Shown here piece by piece: positions 57,500-64,000 of a stretch of DNA of 64,000 nucleotides. The first letter of the stretch is position 1, and every line of letters begins with the position of its first letter. This DNA is from Eledone cirrhosa. Its lineage: Eukaryota. The position numbers and the translations under genes are program-made. Location: assembly GCA_964016885.1 (NCBI GenBank), contig OZ024741.1:32984001-33048000 (forward strand), given 5' to 3'. Below the pieces are notes generated by a model, which searched no databases, was not told where the DNA came from, and saw only the letters and a list, made by a program, of their open reading frames with translations.

Positions 57500-58353
57500 G
57501 ACGTTGTCGGAGGGATATGATGCGACATTCAAATGTTGTCTGGATGATGTTAGGTCTCTGAGTTTCAGAACATCCTCAAAGAAATTATGGGTTAGGTTCG
57601 TATTTCTGTCCTTCTGTGAGCCAATGGTGTATCCTTCACATTTCTTGAGCAGAAAGGACAAGAAATATACCGCTGCGATATTTTATTTTATCTATGAAAA
57701 TAGAGTCCTCCTTCTATGTCTAACTTTAGGATAGTAGCCCAAGAAGAGACAGCTTCTCTATGGCTCTGATAATAATGTCTGGGACTTTAGCAATTCGGGA
57801 GGGCTCTATCATCCAAGAGTGGGGAACAGAATCGAAAGCTTTCCTGTAGTCCATCCAGACTGTAGCCATATTCCGCCTAAGTTGTCGCACCTCCAACATC
57901 GTAGTTTTGTTGATTAGGAGTTGTTCAGCACATCCCCAAACCCTTTTCTTTCCAGCTGCTTTTTTCATCTGTGATGATGTTATTATTTTCACAGTGATCT
58001 TGGAGGAATAGGTTCAGGCAGGCTGTATACATCTTATACATCAGGTTCTGGCAAGCAATGGGTCGGTAATTTTTTGCCAGGTGGGTGTCTTTGTTCTTGG
58101 GGACCAGTAATGTTTGTGCTAATGTCAACCATTCTGGTATAAGTGTATCTCTCTTAAGAGCTTGTTGGTAGTGGTCGGTAAGACACCTCCGATAGAATAT
58201 CAGTTTTTTGTACCAGTAGCCGACAATTATGTCTCTTCCTGGTGTTTTCTGATCTTGGAGTTTTCCTATCACAGTTTCAAGGGTACCCTCACTTATTTCG
58301 CATGTTTTTGTTGTAGTGTAGGAGCAATATTTTTCTCCAATATTTTTCTCCAA
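57500..58353 (-). pseudogene. R4/Dong LINE reverse transcriptase, frameshifted and deleted
   Basis: RT motifs across several frames; QGDSLSP missing and catalytic DD mutated. Confidence 0.85.
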
Positions 58354-58867
58354 AAGGAATATATGTATTTCTGGGATGGGGCCTCAGTGACATTTATTGT
58401 TTTGCCCTTCATATCTCTATAGACTGATGTTTGGCTTCGTCTGAATCTCTTATTAGGCACTTTTCTTTCATCTACCTTCTTCAGGTATCAGCGTTTTTCG
58501 CTAACAGCTCTCAATTCTTGTTTGAGGGTGATCAGCTATATTGAAAAGTTCTGGTTCTACTGTTACCAAATATCGTCTCTATTTTATTTTGCCCTCTTTG
58601 TTGGTCAGGAGTGAAGTTGTTTGTGTTTGTTTGCATGTAAGGAACATTGTCACATATCCTATGCTTTTTCGTAGGTCAGCAATCTTTTTTTTCTATTTTA
58701 GTTATATATGATGGTATTTTTTTGTGGTATTTTGTTCTTGTTAATATCTCTGCTATCACCAAGATTATGCTTCACTGTCGTTGCTAAGGCATATAAATAG
58801 GCGTTGATTTGCCAAAATGTTGGGGTTTTTATCCGTCGTAAATATTCATCCCCTATTTCGTCAATAA

Positions 58868-59054
58868 CTGTTTCTACTTTAGGCACAAGGCCAGCAATTA
58901 CCCAGTGCATTACTGGTACTTTATTTTATCGACCCCGTAAGGATGAAAGGCAAAGTCAACCTCGGCGGGATTTGAACTCAGATCGTAAAGGGACGTAACT
59001 ATGCTGGAAAGCATGGTGTCCGACTCTCTACCGATACTGCCAATCCACCGCCCT
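58868..59054 (-). mobile_element. Full-length tRNA-derived SINE nested in the LINE with 14-bp TSD
   Basis: TATTTCGTCAATAA at 58854-58867 and 59055-59068. Confidence 0.92.
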
Positions 59055-60009
59055 TATTTCGTCAATAACACGTAATATTTTGTTATTTGTTTTTTTATTA
59101 AATATTGTTGTTTTAATACGTTCAGCAAGAGAAATGTTTATACATGAGTTAATTTCTCTCTGGAAGATTTCGTTGAGGGAAATTTTCAATTGTTTATACT
59201 TTTGATTATTTTCATTGTCGATAGTATTTTCCACAATAGTCGAGGTAGACTCGGATGGTATACGTGGTGTCAAATTTCTTCGATTATTATTATTACCGAT
59301 AATGTTTTCCCCAGCATTCGAGGTAGACTTAGATGGTACACGTGGTGTCAAATTTCTTACAGGCATAGTTGTTTTAAGGCACTGTTCGACCTGGCTGCTA
59401 GGAAGTCTAGTAGCATGGTGACCTGTAGCACGTGTTTATGATTCCATGTTTGTTGTGAGGGACTTACAATTAATAATATTTATCTTATTTTTAAGTTCAA
59501 CAAACGTCGCTTGTTGGCGTAATTGTTTCGCTGTGAAATAATTTAGCTCTGGGTGCATTTCATCCCAGTGTAGCTTCATTTTGTTCATATAGCCAATGGA
59601 GGGATTGTTTTTTGCCATTTTATAACAATTAAATAAATCATCATTAAGTTCGGAACTCCAAGAGAAATGCGATTTATAATTTCGGTTTCTTCTGTAGCTA
59701 CAACTGAATAAATTTTGTTTACCTTTCTCGTTTTTCTTCGGTATTCCACTGATGTTGTAGTTGTTGATGTTGTGTTCAACCATGCTGTTTGTAGCAAATC
59801 CTTTTAAAATGAATTATCTCTACGAATTCGAATAAAGGGTGTCTTCCGTGGATATAGTTAGAAGAATAACCAGTTATTCAATATGACTGGTAGTTGTGGC
59901 ATTACTGTCGGGGATAGTATTCATCTTAAATTTAATGAATTCTCCTACGCCAAAATGTGCCACTGATCGCGTTGACTGACTATGTATGTATGTACGTATG
60001 TATGTATGT

Positions 60010-60199
60010 TTTTCTCTTTCTCTTAATTTCGAGTATATTTTTTTGACCGGCCACTTTCCTGGTGGCAAGGTTGTAAAAGAAAAGAAATTGTCATCCCTTG
60101 AATCGCAAGAATGTTTTGCAAATGTTGAAGGTGCCAGCTATCGCAGCCATCTGTAGACTATGAATTAGGGAGCTGCGCTTTTTGTCCGCAAATCCAGTG
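60010..60199 (-). mobile_element. 3' end of a second R4/Dong-type LINE family
   Basis: GFADKKRSSLIHSLQMAAIAGTFNICKTFLRF resembles GFIGTERTQLVRKLQVQSINGTVKICKTFQK; TATG flanks. Confidence 0.75.
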
Positions 60200-60399
60200 T
60201 ATGTATGTATGTATGTATGTATGTATGTATGTATGTATGTATGTATGTATGTATGTACGTGTGTATGTATGTATGTTTGTTTGTATGTTTGTATGTATGT
60301 ATGTACGTGTTTATGTATGTATGTATGTACGTATGTATGTATGTTTCTTTTTATGTATGTTTGTGTGTACATGTCAGTATGTATGTATTTATGTATATG

Positions 60400-60650
60400 T
60401 TCTGGTTTTATAATTTCAAAAATGTTTGCCAATAAAGAGAGAGTCGGTTTCTAAGTATAGACCCAAGACTCTCTTATTGGAATTTACACAACATCAACTA
60501 GGTAGATTATGTATGCATGCATGTGTAGATATGGATGTTATTGTATGTGTGGATGTGGATGTTTTGAGTTGTATGTGTGCATGTATATATGCTTAGCGTC
60601 TGTACATGTGTATATGCAGTTATTAGATGCAACATTTTTGGAATGTTTTA
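60400..60650 (-). mobile_element. 3' end of another copy of the 56292-59980 LINE
   Basis: Colinear with 56294-56535; TATG flanks. Confidence 0.85.
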
Positions 60651-60843
60651 TATATGTATGTATGTATTATGTATGTATGTATGTATTATGTATGTATGTA
60701 TGTATGTACGTACGTATGTATTTATGTATGTATGTATTATTTATGTATGTATTATGTATGTATGTATGTATGTATGTATGTATTTATGTATGTATGTATT
60801 ATGTATGTATGTATGTATGTATGTATGTATGTATGTATGTATG

Positions 60844-60874
<31 letters not shown>

Positions 60875-60899
60875 GTATGTATGTATGTATGTACGTATG

Positions 60900-61506
60900 T
60901 CAGGTCACCATTTGGTGCTACTGGTAACATGTATCCCAGTACAACCTGTCTCATGGTCGGGTCGTTGGCGACTAAACTGGCAACCCCACCAAGGTTTCTT
61001 GGTGAGGAGGGTGACTTTGGACATCCTGCAGGACTAAAAACAAAACCTGTCAAAGGGCAAAGGAGCTCTTAAGAGTCAATGGCCATCCAAAATCACCGGG
61101 AGAGATGACCCCTTAGCCTTTGTCAAGGCAGAATTCTAGGAGAAGGAAAACTCTGATATAACACCTGCAACCCTGATGGTATCCAAAGATGTTGACTTGT
61201 TCTTCTTTTTGGTAAATATCATCTTGGTTAAGAGAGTGGGACTGGCATTGTGCAGTGCCTTTGCTCACTATAAAAGCTTCACGGCACAGGCATTGCTTTA
61301 TATCTGGAGATCTCTCTGCACTTGTCGTCACATGGTACCATGGGCCCAGCACTATGTGTCAATAATTGTCACAGGTGTAGTGTTTGTACCAGAGTTTTCA
61401 AGTCACTGGCTGGACTAAAAAGTCACTCGTTCAGCGCATCGGTAGGGGTTCTCCTACATGGATATAAAGTAGTGGCCGTACTCGAAAACGAGTTGGCAGC
61501 CACCAT
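60900..61506 (+). mobile_element. Non-autonomous RTE-derived retroposon (5' leader joined to 3' end), (GTAT)n tail
   Basis: GGCAACCCCAC and AGGAGAAGGAAAACTCTGA leader motifs, CSVCTRVFKSLAGLKSH end; relatives at 2601-3090 and 9620-10098. Confidence 0.62.
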
Positions 61507-61760
61507 GTACGTATGTATGTATGTACGTATGTATATATGTATGTACGAATGTATGTATGTATGTACGAATGTATGTATGTATGTATGTATGTATGTATGT
61601 ATGTATGTATGTATGAATGCATGTATGATTTCATGTATTTATGTACGTACGTATGTATGCATGTAATGTTTGTATGTATGTATGTGTATGTAAGTATGTA
61701 TATGTATGTATGCACGTATGTATGTATGCATATATGCATGTGTACATGTATATGTATCTG

Positions 61761-61837
<77 letters not shown>

Positions 61838-62143
61838 GTGAGTGCGGGTCTGTGTACGTATGTACACAGACATACACACATACACATATATATATGAATG
61901 TATGTTTCTGGGAAGGGTGTATCCGTCTTTATATGTACATGTTTATCTTTTGTCTTATTTAGTTCTGTTTTCTCAATATGTCTTATAAGATGCCTATAAT
62001 GCAGTAAGACGTCTGAGATTGTAGATTCCACTACTTTTTTTTATCATTTATCGATTGTATTTTGACGATAGTTCACTACTGCTTACTTTAATGCGTTTTT
62101 GTCTGTATATATATGTACATATATTTATATATATACTATATAC

Positions 62144-62174
<31 letters not shown>

Positions 62175-62197
62175 GTATATATATATATATGTATATG

Positions 62198-62263
<66 letters not shown>

Positions 62264-62264
<1 letters not shown>

Positions 62265-62469
62265 GTAGAACAGTGGAGGGTTATATCCGTTGTAGTAGAG
62301 CACTCAGTCCATGGGACGAGTTTGCTAGAAGTAGTTCCACAACAGTTAGTTCAACATACCGAGAACAAATGTTTCACCTTACGTGGATCATCAGACCGAG
62401 CTGATGATCCGCATAAGGTGAAACATTTGCTCTCGGTATGTTGAACTAACTGTTGTGGAACTACTTCTA
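62264..62469 (-). mobile_element. Palindromic pLTR-like remnant
   Basis: Arms 62326-62394 and 62401-62469 around ACCGAG; unique tail 62264-62325. Confidence 0.75.
62395..62437 (+). ncRNA. Minimal hammerhead (plus copy has GCT at the cleavage site; minus copy keeps GTT but lacks the 5' strand of stem I)
   Basis: ACCGAG/CTCGGT, CTGATGA, short stem II, GAAA, CATTTG. Confidence 0.65.
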
Positions 62470-62648
62470 TATATATATACATATATACATATATATATTG
62501 AGTATATGTTGGTTGTTTACCGACACCTCAGTATGCAGATTGGAGCATTCGACGAAGTACGCAGGTAGGTTTGTTTACTCCGGAGTAATGTAAAATAATT
62601 AAGTCAAATATGTAAAATTTGGCTTCCTTTATTATGAATTATAGATAT

Positions 62649-62703
62649 ACTGCTATATATATTTCGGTGACAGCCATCATAGGCTGTGACCTCTTCAGGC
62701 AGT
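62649..62703 (-). ncRNA. Type I hammerhead ribozyme, canonical
   Basis: ACTGC/GCAGT, CTGAAGA, GGTCACAGCC/GGCTGTCACC, GAAA, TATATA, ATA triplet. Confidence 0.88.
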
Positions 62704-62815
62704 CCGAAATGGTGTATGAAAGACAGGTACACATGTTGTTGAAGTGTGTTTTACTCCGTCAATACATCGATATGTCCAGCTCCTGGTTATGTTGTTATTT
62801 CTCTGAGGAACTGGA

Positions 62816-62862
<47 letters not shown>

Positions 62863-62989
62863 AAAGTTATATTTAAATTGTTGGGTTACAACTAGTAAAT
62901 ATTTATAACTGATATAAAAGCACTCAACAAGTATTTGGAGTATATTTACGATATTAAATAAATGGAAACTATATTTATAAAACCATATT

Positions 62990-63055
62990 TATTTCATTAT
63001 ATATATTTCAGGGATATCATATTAACAATATGTTATGCCTTCTTCAGACAAAATA
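62990..63055 (-). ncRNA. Type I hammerhead ribozyme, canonical core
   Basis: TATTTTGT/ATGAAATA, CTGAAGA, AGGCATAACATATT/AATATGATATCCCT, GAAA, TATATA, ATA; bracketed by inverted repeats of about 27 bp at 62947 and 63094. Confidence 0.82.
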
Positions 63056-63118
63056 CAATATAGACAGTTTTATAGATAAATAGATTTGACATATATAGTT
63101 TCCATTTATTTAATATCG

Positions 63119-63683
<565 letters not shown>

Positions 63684-64000
63684 GTATGTATGTATGTATG
63701 TATGTATATGTAAGTATGTATGCATATTTATATATCTTCTTCGCCCACATATTCCTGATGGGGTCGTTGGGACAGAAGCAAATTTAATTTTTGAAATTCC
63801 CGCCAATTCACGTTCCCTAGCAACAGTCGACTCTGTCTTCTTCGCATGACGTCATTTGTTGCTCACTTTCAGTCATTTCAGTTTAGTAGTTTCTAATTGT
63901 GATGCATGCGATTTAGACACTGGGGCCCTCTAACATTTTGGATCCTGCTGACGAAATTATATATATATAATTAGATATTTTAGTTTAAAGGTAACTTGAA

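Larger units (their letters stand above)
56292..59980 (-). mobile_element. Decayed, nearly full-span R4/Dong-clade LINE with internal deletions, inserted in (CATA)n
   Basis: N-terminal W..ELN..L..CY..A...GY..M..HW domain, RT KTPGRD, NYRPIAC, GCAEQLLI, WMDYRKAFDSVPHSW, THNFFEDVLKL, CRLC..H..C knuckle, RLE; TATG repeats both sides. Confidence 0.88.

Noticed and set aside
63750-63800. CTGATGG..GTC/GAC..GAAG hammerhead-like string
   Set aside because: Two core mismatches and no clear stems I or III

Overview
Eukaryotic, AT-rich, microsatellite-saturated intronic or intergenic DNA. The tRNA-headed SINE family (GCCTTTCATCCTTACGGGGTCGATAAAATAAAGTACCAG core) points to an octopod cephalopod (inference). 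Almost all ORFs in the track are microsatellite translations. Real coding signal is transposon-derived: a near-intact Naiad-type Penelope-like element (PLE; RT + GIY-YIG, 14.3-21.0 kb), three other PLE fragments, a decayed R4/Dong-type LINE plus related 3' ends, CRE-type fragments, RTE-derived non-autonomous elements and a hAT transposase relic. There are also SINEs, MITEs, a 5.9-kb 43-bp satellite and one plausible 99-bp host exon. The most striking signal is RNA-structural. About 17 type I hammerhead ribozyme (HHR) motifs can be folded by eye, most of them in pLTR- or retrozyme-like remnants lodged in (TA)n tracts and often arranged as palindromes. They include a 545-nt tandem retrozyme-like unit, a covarying long-stem-II HHR family, recurrent CCGANGA core variants and a shared bulged 3' hairpin. 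All folds and family assignments were made by eye, without software or database searches.
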